From positions 1-40,977 of IMG/VR virus record IMGVR_UViG_3300017544_000279: a DNA stretch of 40,977 nt. One strand, 5' to 3'. The DNA is from a virus. Its lineage: Duplodnaviria; Caudoviricetes. Below are positions 19,364 through 29,411 of this stretch, piece by piece. The number at the start of each line of letters is the position of its first letter. Positions within the stretch are counted from its first letter, which is position 1. The notes under the pieces were generated by a model. It had not been told where the DNA came from and ran no database searches. It was given only the letters and a program-made list of their open reading frames with translations. A program made the translations under genes and the position numbers.

Positions 19364-19894
19364 TCAATCACTCGCGAAGACCTTGGTCGAACCCTCGACG
19401 ATCGGATGCAGCCCGGCCGAAGAACCGTGCCCGACCCGCACCATGTCGCCGATACGGGCGACGCCCTTGCCGTCAGCTGCGCCGAGATCGACGCGCGGCG
19501 CGGTGATGCCATAGCGTCCGGCTTCCATGTCGAGGATGACCTGGCCAAGCGTCTCGCGGTTCGCGGCCGGATCGTTGCTCGGTGCCTGAAACTGGTTCGA
19601 AAAGGTCGCCGGTAGCAGCAGCGACTGGTCGAGATCACCGCCGGGCGCCACGACCAACATCTGCTGCCCGGCGACCGGCGGCCGCCAGCTTCGCGTAGCG
19701 CCGGCCAGTTCCGCCCAGGGGCGCCATGGGCCGAGAAACGCCCGGCCGCCATCGGGATCCGAGAGCATCATTCGAGCCACGCCTTTCTCGGCATCGACCT
19801 TGGCGATCGTTCCGAAGCGCATCTGCCGGCTGATGACACGATTGAGCCGCGCCACCTCGAGTGTGAGGCGTGCCACCATCTCCTCGATGTCCAT
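19364..19894 (-). CDS. Baseplate spike protein V
   Basis: GTIAKVD, WRPWAELAG..RSWRPPVAGQQMLVVAPGGD; C-terminal VARIGD..H. Confidence 0.85.
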   Translation of the reverse strand: MDIEEMVARLTLEVARLNRVISRQMRFGTIAKVDAEKGVARMMLSDPDGGRAFLGPWRPWAELAGATRSWRPPVAGQQMLVVAPGGDLDQSLLLPATFSNQFQAPSNDPAANRETLGQVILDMEAGRYGITAPRVDLGAADGKGVARIGDMVRVGHGSSAGLHPIVEGSTKVFASD

Positions 19895-19899
19895 CGTTC

Positions 19900-20721
19900 T
19901 CAGTCCTGCGACAGTGGGCCGTCGATCGTCTCGGCGACGGCTGATTCCACCAGGCCGCCAAGCAGCTGGTAGCCCTCAAACGAAGATGGATCCTCGGGTG
20001 GACCGGACCATGGCGGCGCGATGCCCAGCGCCCGGACTTCCGCCTCGGTAATGCCGTGGCGCGCCTGGACGACGCGCCAATCGGCGAGGCCAGCGGGCTG
20101 CTCGATCGCGGCGCGCAGAACAGCCGCCATCTCGGCAAGGCCCACGGTTCGCTCCATTGCAGCGAGAAGGTCAACCCAAACGTCCGTCGCCGGGCGGCCG
20201 AAATCCGGCTCGGCGATCGGCTCCACCGAGAGCAGATAGAAGCGGGTTGCGACCCGGCTACCATCGGCCTCGCCGCCGCGCTTCATCTGGAAGCGGTTGA
20301 GCTTCAGGATCAGCCCGCGGACGATCTCACCCCAAGGCTCGCCGGCCAGCGGCGTCAGAAGCGCGCGGCTGACCTGACGCCAGAGAATGTCGAGGGATGC
20401 TTCCAGGCCCTTGGAGTTCGGCTCAATCGCGATCAGGGAGGTGGCGCCCTCCCCGTCGATCGCCTCGGCGGTCACGCGCGAGGCGATGGCGATCTCGAAC
20501 AAGAGGCCGATTTCGTCGGCCGCATCGAGGAGCGACAATCCGGCCTTGTCACGCTCGCCCGAGGCATCATCGACCGACACCACGATGATGGGCGCCGGCT
20601 CGCCGCCGATCAGGTCGGAGATCGCCGCGAGTTCGGAATCCACCACCCTGCCCTCGGCGAGGGTCCGCCCCTTGAGCGCTTCGGTGACGGCGATGCGCAG
20701 CGCCAGCGAGACGAGGCTCAT
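19900..20721 (-). CDS. Phage neck/tail-completion hypothetical protein
   Basis: 273-aa ORF coupled to upstream gene; position between head and baseplate genes. Confidence 0.6.
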   Translation of the reverse strand: MSLVSLALRIAVTEALKGRTLAEGRVVDSELAAISDLIGGEPAPIIVVSVDDASGERDKAGLSLLDAADEIGLLFEIAIASRVTAEAIDGEGATSLIAIEPNSKGLEASLDILWRQVSRALLTPLAGEPWGEIVRGLILKLNRFQMKRGGEADGSRVATRFYLLSVEPIAEPDFGRPATDVWVDLLAAMERTVGLAEMAAVLRAAIEQPAGLADWRVVQARHGITEAEVRALGIAPPWSGPPEDPSSFEGYQLLGGLVESAVAETIDGPLSQD

Positions 20722-21128
20722 GACGGCTCCGAGACCATGACGAGGACGAGATGGCCGAAATCGAGCGGATTGACCTCGCCGATCTCGAGCCGGCCATCGG
20801 CCGAGCGATCGAGACGAATGACGCGGTCACCCTTGCGGGGCCGAAAGCCAAGTTTCGCGGCCTCGGCGCCGGAGACCTGGATGGCTATGGGCCGCGTCAC
20901 CATGCGGCCGAGGCCGGCCGTGCCGGGCGTGCGCGAGGCACCGAGAAGCGGCATCTCCAGATAGCCGGTCAGCACCACGCCGATGATCTCTGCCGGGCTA
21001 CGGTCCGGATCCGGACCAGCCGCGGTAAAGCCGGCCTCGGTGAGCGGCTCGATCCGGAGCCGCTCGCCGTGCTGTTCCTCGATATCGCGGGCGAGCTCGG
21101 CCGCGATATCGTCGAAGACGGTCGGCAT
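20718..21128 (-). CDS. Putative head-tail joining (head closure) protein
   Basis: Follows the major capsid gene; PRKGDRV motif typical of FII-like beta-barrels. Confidence 0.55.
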   Translation of the reverse strand: MPTVFDDIAAELARDIEEQHGERLRIEPLTEAGFTAAGPDPDRSPAEIIGVVLTGYLEMPLLGASRTPGTAGLGRMVTRPIAIQVSGAEAAKLGFRPRKGDRVIRLDRSADGRLEIGEVNPLDFGHLVLVMVSEPS

Positions 21129-21129
21129 C

Positions 21130-22152
21130 TCAGCCGCCGATCACGATCCGGCGCAGCGTCTTCGGCTGCGTGCAGAGCGAGATCGGGTTGGTCTGCACCT
21201 GCAGGTGACGTCCCTTGCCATCCTGACGAGCCCACTGGCGCAAATAGCGGGGCAGGCCCTTGGTGTTCACCGTGTCCTCGTAGTCCGCCGGCGCGAAGCG
21301 GGTGATGAAGAGGCCGGGGACCCCCTTGACGACCAGGCGGGCCTCGGTGGAACCGATAAAGGACGCGCCGCCATTGGACGCCTTCGCCTTCTTGCCAGTG
21401 CGATAGCGCTCCCAGGTGATGCCACCGAACTCGAACTTGTCGTCGCTCGGCAGCCCGCGCAGTTCGGCAGCGGCGATCGTCGCCTTGTAGGTCTCCTCGA
21501 CCTTCTTGTGGGTGATGAGCTTCTTGAAGAATTCGTCGCCGCACCAAGAATGCAGGCCGGAATAGCTGGTCGCCTCCAGATCGTCCTCGATGCCAATGCG
21601 GAAATCGAGGCAGCTTCCACGCAGATTGGCTGCGTCGTCGTCGAGATCGAGTTCGAGATCGGTCGGGGGCGTGATCTCGAAGCGATTGAAGAGGTTGATC
21701 CGGACGGAGCCGCTTTTCGAAACGACGATGCCCTTCATCGCGCCCAGCTTCTGATGCTCGAGCGTGGCGTCAGCATCCCGCAGATGACGAGCCGCCTTGG
21801 TCTCGACCACGTTCATCACGCTCTCGACGTCGTCTTCCGTGCCGAAGGCGCGGACATTCTGCACCTCGTCGGCGGTGACAGAATCGTCGCGCTGGAAATG
21901 GTCGACCCGGAACGGCACCAGGTTGCGCTTGTCGTTGTCGATCGTTTCGCCGTTGCCACCCCGCTCGGACGGTTCGATCAGCGACAGCGAACCATCCATC
22001 TCCTCGACCGAGATGACCGTGGTGTTGACGCCGTCGCTCTCGAACAGGCCGCTGTCGGAAATCTGCGATGGGACATAGGGCATCGTGTTGACCTTGGCGG
22101 TCAGCGAGACGACGGAAAACGCGTCGTCATTGAAAATATCGAGGGTCGGCAT
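21130..22152 (-). CDS. Major capsid protein (lambda gpE-like)
   Basis: LDIFNDDAFSVVSLT, FAPADYEDTVNTKGLPRY, VQTNPISLCTQP. Confidence 0.92.
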   Translation of the reverse strand: MPTLDIFNDDAFSVVSLTAKVNTMPYVPSQISDSGLFESDGVNTTVISVEEMDGSLSLIEPSERGGNGETIDNDKRNLVPFRVDHFQRDDSVTADEVQNVRAFGTEDDVESVMNVVETKAARHLRDADATLEHQKLGAMKGIVVSKSGSVRINLFNRFEITPPTDLELDLDDDAANLRGSCLDFRIGIEDDLEATSYSGLHSWCGDEFFKKLITHKKVEETYKATIAAAELRGLPSDDKFEFGGITWERYRTGKKAKASNGGASFIGSTEARLVVKGVPGLFITRFAPADYEDTVNTKGLPRYLRQWARQDGKGRHLQVQTNPISLCTQPKTLRRIVIGG

Positions 22153-22194
22153 GACTGCGTTTCCTTCGCGTTCGGCGCGGCGCGCCCGGAAATG

Positions 22195-22217
22195 AAAAAG
22201 GCGGCCCGAAAGCCGCC
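22195..22217 (-). terminator. Intrinsic terminator-like hairpin between decoration and capsid genes
   Basis: Minus strand GGCGGC-TTTCGG-GCCGCC-TTTTT. Confidence 0.6.
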
Positions 22218-22240
22218 CCACACGAAAAAGGTAAATTCGG

Positions 22241-22867
22241 TCAGCGAACGATCAGGTTACGCCGGCCGAGACGGGTGATCGCCGCCGACTTCTGGGCGGA
22301 GGTGATGCCGTCCGGCCATTTGAGCGCCGCGCCCTTGAAGGCCGTCAGGCGCGCTGAAATCACGCCGCGCGCCTCGGCCGAGGCCGCCTTGACCGCGGCA
22401 TAAGCGACGGCGGCGGCAATTTCCGATCCGTCCGACGCCGCCGGATCGAGCGGCTTGTACTTGCCGGCGGCCAGCACGACTTCGACATCAAAGCCGTCGC
22501 CGGCCACGAAGGCCGTGCCGCCTGCCGTAATCGTGAAGCCGATATCATCGGCGAAGGCCGCGCCCGCCGCGCCGCTGCCGATCACGTCGCCGGCCGGGTT
22601 CTCGACCGTGAAGGTCGTGGCGGCAGTGAAGCGGATCGAATAGGCACCGTCGACGGCGCCGCCGAGGATCGTGATGGGGGAGATCGTACCATTGCCCGTA
22701 TTGCCGCCCTTGGCGGTTCCCGTTCCGGCGCCGGCCGTCACATGACCCAAGATTTCGCCGGGATCGACATCTGCGCCGGCGGCAAAGGTGACTTCCTCGC
22801 GCGACAGCACGGGGTTCTCGCTCAGGATATGCTCGGCCGCATGCCGGCCTTCGGTAACGCGCTGCAT
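22241..22867 (-). CDS. Head decoration protein (lambda gpD-like) with an inserted beta-rich segment
   Basis: LSREEVT..GEILG, GKYKPLDPAASDGSEIAAAV, LKWPDGIT. Confidence 0.85.
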   Translation of the reverse strand: MQRVTEGRHAAEHILSENPVLSREEVTFAAGADVDPGEILGHVTAGAGTGTAKGGNTGNGTISPITILGGAVDGAYSIRFTAATTFTVENPAGDVIGSGAAGAAFADDIGFTITAGGTAFVAGDGFDVEVVLAAGKYKPLDPAASDGSEIAAAVAYAAVKAASAEARGVISARLTAFKGAALKWPDGITSAQKSAAITRLGRRNLIVR

Positions 22868-22927
22868 AGGAAACCCTCCGTTGGGTTGCGCGAGAGATGG
22901 GCCGGTCGGCCCTCGGTAGAGTCTGTG

Positions 22928-24226
22928 TCAGCCGGCCCGGTTCATGCCGGCATAGATCGCCTTGGTGTCGATCACCGGAGCCGCCGCGCGGCCGCCGCCC
23001 TGGGCAGGCCCGCCAACAGGCGGAATGGGTTCGGCGGCGGCGCGGGCGGCGAGCGCGGACGGTCCTTTCGGCGAAGCGGCGAGCGCCTTGGTAGCGGCGG
23101 GCGGCGCGATGCCTTCGAGCGCGAAAACGAGGGCCTGCGCCTCCCGGCCCTTCGCCTCCTCGCTGCCGGTGATCGCCGCGACATCTGCCAGTGCTGCGGC
23201 GCGGCCCTCGGCAGTTCCCTCCGCCTTGCCGGCGGCATGGCCGGAGGCGTGCGCTTCGGTGCGGGCGGCGTCGAGCTCGGCCTGGCTGTAGGTTCGATCG
23301 TTCATCTGTAGACCTCGCGGACTGGCGGGCAGAGCGCGTGCCCCGCTCCGGTTAAGCTCGGCGACCAGTTCGTCGAGCGTGGAAACTCCGTCGGCGAGGC
23401 CAGCCTTGACCGCGTCCTCGCCGACATAGATCCGCGCCTCGGTAGCGCGGATCGCTGCCTCGGACATGCCGGGTCGACCGGCCGCGACCGACGCGACGAA
23501 TTGCTCATAGAAGCCGTCGACTTCCGCCTGCAGGTCGGTACGAACGCTTTCCGGAAGGGCCTCGAACGGATTGCCGTCGACCTTGTGCGCGCCGGCGAAA
23601 ACGAGGGTCGGCTTGACGCCGGCTTCTGCGAGGCGGGCCGACTGATCGAGATGCAGCATGACGACGCCGATCGAGCCGACGATGCCGGAGGGGATCGTGA
23701 GAAGCCGGCCGGCACCGGACGCAAAGGCATAGGCGGCCGACGCGGCCATGCCATTGGCGATGGCCATCACCGGCTTGACCGCGTTCAGCTTGCGAACGAA
23801 GCCGGCGAACTCCATCGCCCCGACCGCCTCGCCGCCGGGGCTGTCAATGTCGAGAATGATGCTGGATACCTTGGGGTCGTTGGCGGCGCGCGTCAGCTGC
23901 GCCATGACACCCTCATAGGAAGTCAGGCCGCTCGACGCGCCGATCCAGGCGCCACGGTTGACCAATTCGCCCTCGACGGTGACAAGGGCGACGGAACCGA
24001 TGCGACGGTAGAATTCGGTCCAGTATCCTTCTTCCGGATCACCGACACCGACGCTCTCGCCCTCAAAGCGGGTGGCCGCAGGACCGCCGCGTTGCGGCTC
24101 ATAGGTCGGGACATCGCCACCATGGATGCGGGCGGCGAGGAAGTCGCCGATCGCCTGCGCCTGCGATGGAAGGATCATCAACGGCCGGTCGAAGACCTTG
24201 GAAGCGATGCGGACATAGTGCGGCAT
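22928..24226 (-). CDS. Prohead protease, S49 family (lambda gpC-like) with scaffold-like C-terminus
   Basis: LDIDSPGGE, AASAAY, GSIGVV, AGAHKVDGNP. Confidence 0.92.
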   Translation of the reverse strand: MPHYVRIASKVFDRPLMILPSQAQAIGDFLAARIHGGDVPTYEPQRGGPAATRFEGESVGVGDPEEGYWTEFYRRIGSVALVTVEGELVNRGAWIGASSGLTSYEGVMAQLTRAANDPKVSSIILDIDSPGGEAVGAMEFAGFVRKLNAVKPVMAIANGMAASAAYAFASGAGRLLTIPSGIVGSIGVVMLHLDQSARLAEAGVKPTLVFAGAHKVDGNPFEALPESVRTDLQAEVDGFYEQFVASVAAGRPGMSEAAIRATEARIYVGEDAVKAGLADGVSTLDELVAELNRSGARALPASPRGLQMNDRTYSQAELDAARTEAHASGHAAGKAEGTAEGRAAALADVAAITGSEEAKGREAQALVFALEGIAPPAATKALAASPKGPSALAARAAAEPIPPVGGPAQGGGRAAAPVIDTKAIYAGMNRAG

Positions 24227-24230
24227 TGCT

Positions 24231-24467
24231 TCACCCAAACTCGATCGCATACCGCGCCGGTCGGCCGCCATTCGCGCGATTGCAGAGGTCCTCATAACGG
24301 ACGATTTCGCGGTCGAGGGCGCGAAGATCCGGCGTCACCTTCTCGACGCGCTGGCGGCCGCCATTTCCGGCGGCGACCTCGGTGACCTTGGTCGCCCGGC
24401 CGGTAATCAGGTCGCGGCGGCGCTGGCGCAGATCCGCCAGCACGGCACAGGGATCTTCATCCGCCAT
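24231..24467 (-). CDS. gpW-like head completion protein
   Basis: Small helical protein in the head module, coupled to the portal stop. Confidence 0.55.
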   Translation of the reverse strand: MADEDPCAVLADLRQRRRDLITGRATKVTEVAAGNGGRQRVEKVTPDLRALDREIVRYEDLCNRANGGRPARYAIEFG

Positions 24468-26035
24468 CACGCATCTGCCTTTTCGGATTCGTCTTCTTCG
24501 TCGTCGAGCGCGGGGCCTCCGTTGTGGCCCATGAAGCTCGACAATTCCGGAAGCCCGCGTTCGCCGCGCATCTCGCGCTCGCGCTCGAGCTGCTCGTAGA
24601 GGTCCTCGAGGTCGACGCCGAGCTCATTGGCGATCGTCTCGTCGCTCATCACGCCGATCTGCTTCCAGATCTGGTGCGCCTTCGCCGTCTTGAGATCATC
24701 GGCCTGCGGCTTGCCGGTACCGCGCCAGCGCGACCGCGACGCGGCGGTGCGCCGGGCGAGGAAGCCGTCGAGCCCGCCGGGGAAGGCGATCGCGCCGCTG
24801 TCGATCTCTTCTTCGAGCCAGGCCTCATAGGCTGCCTGCATCAAGGGCGCGACGACGAAGGAGCGGCGCGTCAACACGATCAGCCACATGGCCGCTGTCG
24901 CCATCCGCACCGACGAATAGGTGGATCCACGATAGTCGCCGGTCAGGTCCTCATAGGTGAGGCCCATGCAACGGGCGACCTCGCGCAGCAGGAAGCTCGC
25001 GAACTTCTCGTACTGCTCGTTCGGGTGCTTCGCCCCGTGGAACTCCAGCCTGTCGCCGGAGAAGAGGTGGGCGATCTTGCCGAACCGGCCGAGGTCGATC
25101 TTGGTGTTGTCGTACCAGGCGCCACGGGCCGCCATGAAATCGTCGAGGGGCGTGCTGCCCTTCTTCTCGGAGGCGCCCCGCATCGCCTCCATCGCTTCCT
25201 CGGTTGGCGCATCCGAGGTGAAGGTGCCTACGAGAATGGCCTGGATCAGCGCCGCGGTCAGCGTGGCATCGGCGAGCTGGTCGAACTGGCGCGTCACGCG
25301 CAGCGCCGATGCCATCGGTGTGATGCCGCGCACCTGGCCGGCGAGTCCGTCGAAGACATGCACCACGCGCGGACGCCCGGCGCTGTCGCGGGCGCGGATC
25401 TCGACCTCGTCCGTGCCGCCCCATTGGCGCGGCGTGGTGATCCGGTAGGCGAGCGGGAAACCGTCGCCGTCGAGACGGACGCCCTGGTAGAGATCCGGCT
25501 GCACCGACGTCTGCGCCAGGCGCGACGACGGCAGGAGTTGCAGCTTGGTCATGTACTGGCCGCCGGCTCGTGCCCGGAACGGCAGCAGCGCCACGATCTC
25601 ACCCGTCGCCATCCATCCACGATAGGCGGCAGCGGCGTTCTGGCCGAGCGTGCGCCGCCCCTCGATGTCGCACTCGATCGGCCGGTCGGCCCAGAGCTCG
25701 AAGCGCCGCTCGATCGTCCGGCCGAGGACCGCTGCCTCGCCCGCCGTCATGCCGAGCGCCTCGGCATCCGGCATGGCGTTGAGGCGCAGTCCAGTGCCGA
25801 CCACCTGCGCCGTCGACTGGTCGATGCCGCCGGCGACGAAGCCGGAGTTCTGGATCAGGTCGGTGGCGCGCGCCGCCGCCTTCGACCAGGCGACGCGGAC
25901 ATCCTCGCGGCTTTCGCGCAGAGCCGGCTGCCACCCCGAGAAGAAAGGCGAGGCGCCGTCGCGCATGAAACCGGAGCGCGGCGACGGCCGGCCGCTGTCG
26001 CCCCGGCCGATCAACCGTCCGAAGAAGCCGGCCAT
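24467..26035 (-). CDS. Portal protein (lambda family)
   Basis: AARATDLIQNSG, VVGTGL, GQVRGITP, LTYEDLTGDY..STYSSVR. Confidence 0.92.
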   Translation of the reverse strand: MAGFFGRLIGRGDSGRPSPRSGFMRDGASPFFSGWQPALRESREDVRVAWSKAAARATDLIQNSGFVAGGIDQSTAQVVGTGLRLNAMPDAEALGMTAGEAAVLGRTIERRFELWADRPIECDIEGRRTLGQNAAAAYRGWMATGEIVALLPFRARAGGQYMTKLQLLPSSRLAQTSVQPDLYQGVRLDGDGFPLAYRITTPRQWGGTDEVEIRARDSAGRPRVVHVFDGLAGQVRGITPMASALRVTRQFDQLADATLTAALIQAILVGTFTSDAPTEEAMEAMRGASEKKGSTPLDDFMAARGAWYDNTKIDLGRFGKIAHLFSGDRLEFHGAKHPNEQYEKFASFLLREVARCMGLTYEDLTGDYRGSTYSSVRMATAAMWLIVLTRRSFVVAPLMQAAYEAWLEEEIDSGAIAFPGGLDGFLARRTAASRSRWRGTGKPQADDLKTAKAHQIWKQIGVMSDETIANELGVDLEDLYEQLEREREMRGERGLPELSSFMGHNGGPALDDEEDESEKADA

Positions 26036-26039
26036 GCGT

Positions 26040-27980
26040 TCACCTGTTCATCCGGGCCGCCATCTCGGCGAAGCGATTGCGTTTCGTCCCCTCCTCGCGC
26101 GCCGGCGACGGCGGAGGCTGGGATGGCGTAAAGAGCTGCTCTTCAAGATCGAGTTGCGGCGCGGCGGACGGGGTGGATCGCTCGGCCTCGATCAGGTCCC
26201 ACCGCGATTCCGGCAGGGCGCGGACGCCGAACTTGATCGCCGCGGCCTCGGCCTGCAGCATCGTGTCGAGCATCTCGTTGGCGAGGTTCGGATCCTTGAC
26301 CCACTGATAGGTGACGAAGCCGTCCTTGCGGCGGATCGCCTTGCGCGTCTCGGCCGTCAGCTCTTTGAAATAGCCGTCCTCGAGCCCCTTTGGAAAACCG
26401 ACATGGCCGCGCTCGATCGGATCGGCCTTCACGAGATTCCGATAGAGCGCCATCTTCAGGATGGACGTTCCGAAATTGTAGAAGCGGCTCGAATAGCGCA
26501 GCACCTTGCCGGTGCGGGACCGCTCGCGCTTGACGCGCGCCAGCAACGGCGCCCGTTCATCCGCAACGCCACGCACCATGATGACCGACGACGTCGGATG
26601 GCGTTTCGCCCAGTCCCAGACGTCCTCGGTCCAGGCGTTGCCGTCGATGGCCGTCAGATCGGGAGTGATGTCGTGGCCGGCCTCGTTGCGGTAGCCCGTC
26701 TCCAGCAACCGATCGAGCGCGTCGCGGGCCTTTTCCTCCGAGATGTGGCCGTCGACCGTGCCGTGCGTGACGACGAAGCGGCGCCCGTCGCGAGTCCAGG
26801 CGATGACCTGGTAGGCGCAGAAGTCCTTCTGGCAGTCGACGCCCATGGTTACGACGAGGCCGCCTGCGGGAACGGTGTTGATCTTGTGGCCGGTCTCGTC
26901 GGCCCGCTTGCGCAGTTCTTCCCAGGGCGGCGCCTCGCCGAGCGTGCGATAGGCACGGCCGACCGTATCGTTCTCGAAGACTTGCTCGGCCGCTGGATCA
27001 CCCTTGGCCTTCAGCCATTCGCGCGCGATGCGGGCGAGGCTCTGCAGAAGCGAATAGGCCGACCAGAGATGGAAGGAGCGATGCTCGCGCAGCGCCTTCG
27101 GATTGTGCGCCTTCCATCGACCGGCCCGAATCATCGCCGGACGGTGATGATCCTCGATCGGGAAACCGCACTCGACGCAGGAAAAGTGAACCGCGTCGGG
27201 GTCCGCGGGGTCCAGATTGGCGAGGAGGTTCTCCCAGTCGAGCACCTGCTCATGACCGCATTGCGGGCATGGCACATAGAAATATTCCTGGCTGCCGGCC
27301 TCGAAGGATCTCGTGATCCTGCAACCCGGCACGACGAGCGGCGTCGAGATCTTCAGCAGCTTGGCGAACTCATACGCCCGCGAGCGACTGTCTGCCTGCT
27401 GCTCCGGATCGCCGGCGGCGTTGATCTCCCATTTGGCGAGGTCGTCATGCACCTGCCGGCGCATCGACACCTGACTGAGCGATGACGGCGAGTTCGCGCC
27501 TGAGATCAGCAGCGCGCCTCGGCCGTCGTTCCGCTCCTTGTAGAACACCGAATCGGCGCCATCGCGCGCCTTGGCGGTAAAGATCCGCTGCAGCGCCGTC
27601 GTCGAGCGCAGCATCGGCGCCAGCTTCATCTTCGACCAGCGGCGGGCGTTGTCCTCTGTCGGGTGGATGTAGAGGACGTCGCCCGGATCCATGTCGATGG
27701 AACCCAGCGTGAAGATGTTGGCGAGCACGGTGCCGCCGAGCTGCGCCGACTTCGACAACGTGACGGTTCGGCACGGATCGTCCGGGCCGAGCGCCGTCAG
27801 GATTTCCGAGAAGTAAGGAAACAGGTCGACATTATACGGGCCGGGAAACGGACTCTCGCGCTCCGAGAAGCTGATATTGGCTTCGGCCCAGGCGAGATAG
27901 TTGACCGGCGGCGGCGGCGTGAGCACCTCTGCGAGGACGTCCTCGGCAAGGCGCTTCGCATTGGCGAGCAGGATCGGCAT
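26040..27980 (-). CDS. Terminase large subunit (lambda gpA family)
   Basis: KSAQLGGT Walker A variant, VHDDL, KISTP, YVPCPQCGH, GVDCQ, NEMLD. Confidence 0.93.
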   Translation of the reverse strand: MPILLANAKRLAEDVLAEVLTPPPPVNYLAWAEANISFSERESPFPGPYNVDLFPYFSEILTALGPDDPCRTVTLSKSAQLGGTVLANIFTLGSIDMDPGDVLYIHPTEDNARRWSKMKLAPMLRSTTALQRIFTAKARDGADSVFYKERNDGRGALLISGANSPSSLSQVSMRRQVHDDLAKWEINAAGDPEQQADSRSRAYEFAKLLKISTPLVVPGCRITRSFEAGSQEYFYVPCPQCGHEQVLDWENLLANLDPADPDAVHFSCVECGFPIEDHHRPAMIRAGRWKAHNPKALREHRSFHLWSAYSLLQSLARIAREWLKAKGDPAAEQVFENDTVGRAYRTLGEAPPWEELRKRADETGHKINTVPAGGLVVTMGVDCQKDFCAYQVIAWTRDGRRFVVTHGTVDGHISEEKARDALDRLLETGYRNEAGHDITPDLTAIDGNAWTEDVWDWAKRHPTSSVIMVRGVADERAPLLARVKRERSRTGKVLRYSSRFYNFGTSILKMALYRNLVKADPIERGHVGFPKGLEDGYFKELTAETRKAIRRKDGFVTYQWVKDPNLANEMLDTMLQAEAAAIKFGVRALPESRWDLIEAERSTPSAAPQLDLEEQLFTPSQPPPSPAREEGTKRNRFAEMAARMNR

Positions 27981-27986
27981 CGCGCC

Positions 27987-28622
27987 TCAATCGGTTTCGG
28001 CCTGGTCGTCCTCCTCGGTCTCGGGCATGGCGATCGCCGCCTCGCGGTGAGCCGCGGCGGCACGTTCGCGGACCTTGCGGAACTCCTGGCGCAGAAGGTG
28101 CAGCGCGTCCCGGCCGGATATGCCGAACTGTGCCGCGAGCGCGCCGGAGAGGTCCGGCAGCGCGCCCTCGAAGATCGTCAGCAACGTCGCGGCAATGCGG
28201 GTCATCTCCTCGCGCGACGTCTCGGTGCGCACATAGGCGCCGTGCGCGGCGCGATCCTCACGCTCGAGCCTGGCGGTGACGAGCTCGGCCTGCCGCAGCT
28301 TCTCGCGCTTGATCCGCTCCTCGACGGGATCGACCGGAAGATCTGGGATGGATGCCGCCGACTGCTTCGGCTCCGGCGACGCGGCTGGAGCCTCGGCCGC
28401 CGGGTCGAGCCGGGTCGTGATGCCATTGAGGCCGAAACGCTGGTTCGGGTCGAGGCGCTGTTTCAGGTGAGCGAGCGCAACGTCGACACGGATCTTGGCG
28501 CGTGGTCCCTCGCCCTCGATCGCCTCGGGTCCGATCTTGCCTTCCGCGATCATCTGCGAGATGCGGCCAGGTGAGACGCCGATGCGTTCGGCGAAGCGAC
28601 CTTTGGGGAGAAGCTCACTCAT
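27987..28622 (-). CDS. Terminase small subunit (Nu1-like)
   Basis: N-terminal winged HTH KGRFAERIGVSPGRISQMI plus coiled coil; directly upstream of the large subunit. Confidence 0.8.
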   Translation of the reverse strand: MSELLPKGRFAERIGVSPGRISQMIAEGKIGPEAIEGEGPRAKIRVDVALAHLKQRLDPNQRFGLNGITTRLDPAAEAPAASPEPKQSAASIPDLPVDPVEERIKREKLRQAELVTARLEREDRAAHGAYVRTETSREEMTRIAATLLTIFEGALPDLSGALAAQFGISGRDALHLLRQEFRKVRERAAAAHREAAIAMPETEEDDQAETD

Positions 28623-28629
28623 TGAACCG

Positions 28630-28775
28630 TGAGCCCTTCCTTTAGGCCAAGCTTTAGCGCGGTCCTTTAGGCTTCGAAATCAAGCAAGTCTGCCGGAATC
28701 CCACGCTGCCGCCGCACCGCGGCTGGTGGGGCTGGGTACGGTCCCTAAAGGGGGTGGGGGTGCCGATCGGCCCGA
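28630..28775. promoter_or_regulatory. Putative cos/packaging region with CTTTAG repeats
   Basis: CTTTAG at 28640, 28652 and 28665 and an inverted copy (CTAAAG) at 28745, in the intergenic gap upstream of terS. Confidence 0.45.
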
Positions 28776-29411
28776 TCACCCGAGCAGTCTCGCCATCCGG
28801 CGGGGCAGATCGGCCGCCAGCTCGCGGATGCCGACGGCCTGGAAGGTCGAGAGCGATAGCCCCTGCCCGATCTCCTTCGCGATGCTCGGCCCGAACAGCC
28901 TGCGCAGCGCCTGCTTGCCTTCGGCACGGACCATGACCGGCCCGCGCGTCGGGTGCACGAACGAACGCTTGAACACGCGCCCGACATTCCAGGGCGAAGC
29001 GCTCACACCGCCCGCGGCGCCCGGATCGACCAGCTTGCCGAACCGGCCCTTCCCGTCCCGTCCCTGCAGACGCCAATGATCGCGCGGTGACCATCGCGCC
29101 GCGACCTTGGGCGATCGGCTCGCCCGCATCTTGAACTCGGTGATCGGCAGGCCCTTACCGCTTCCCTCGATCGAGAAGGCAAGCCCGCCGTCATGGATGA
29201 AGGAACGCGTCCGGGAGTTGATCGCCCCGGCCCGCTTGGCGCCGGTCTGCTCCTTCAGCGCCCGCCGCACCTGGGTCCGGGTCTTCAGCCCCGCGGCGCG
29301 CAGGCTCTCGCGCATGACGCGAAGCCCCTCGCCGCCGGCAAGCTTCCGGGACGCAACGACAAATCGAACTGTGCCTTTGCCATCATACTCGGCGGTAATC
29401 AAACCGGCCAC
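28776..29411 (-). CDS. Basic phage hypothetical protein (possibly gpZ-like minor tail protein)
   Basis: Very Arg/Lys-rich; LRRLFGPSI motif; lies upstream of terS. Confidence 0.55.
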   Translation of the reverse strand: MAGLITAEYDGKGTVRFVVASRKLAGGEGLRVMRESLRAAGLKTRTQVRRALKEQTGAKRAGAINSRTRSFIHDGGLAFSIEGSGKGLPITEFKMRASRSPKVAARWSPRDHWRLQGRDGKGRFGKLVDPGAAGGVSASPWNVGRVFKRSFVHPTRGPVMVRAEGKQALRRLFGPSIAKEIGQGLSLSTFQAVGIRELAADLPRRMARLLG

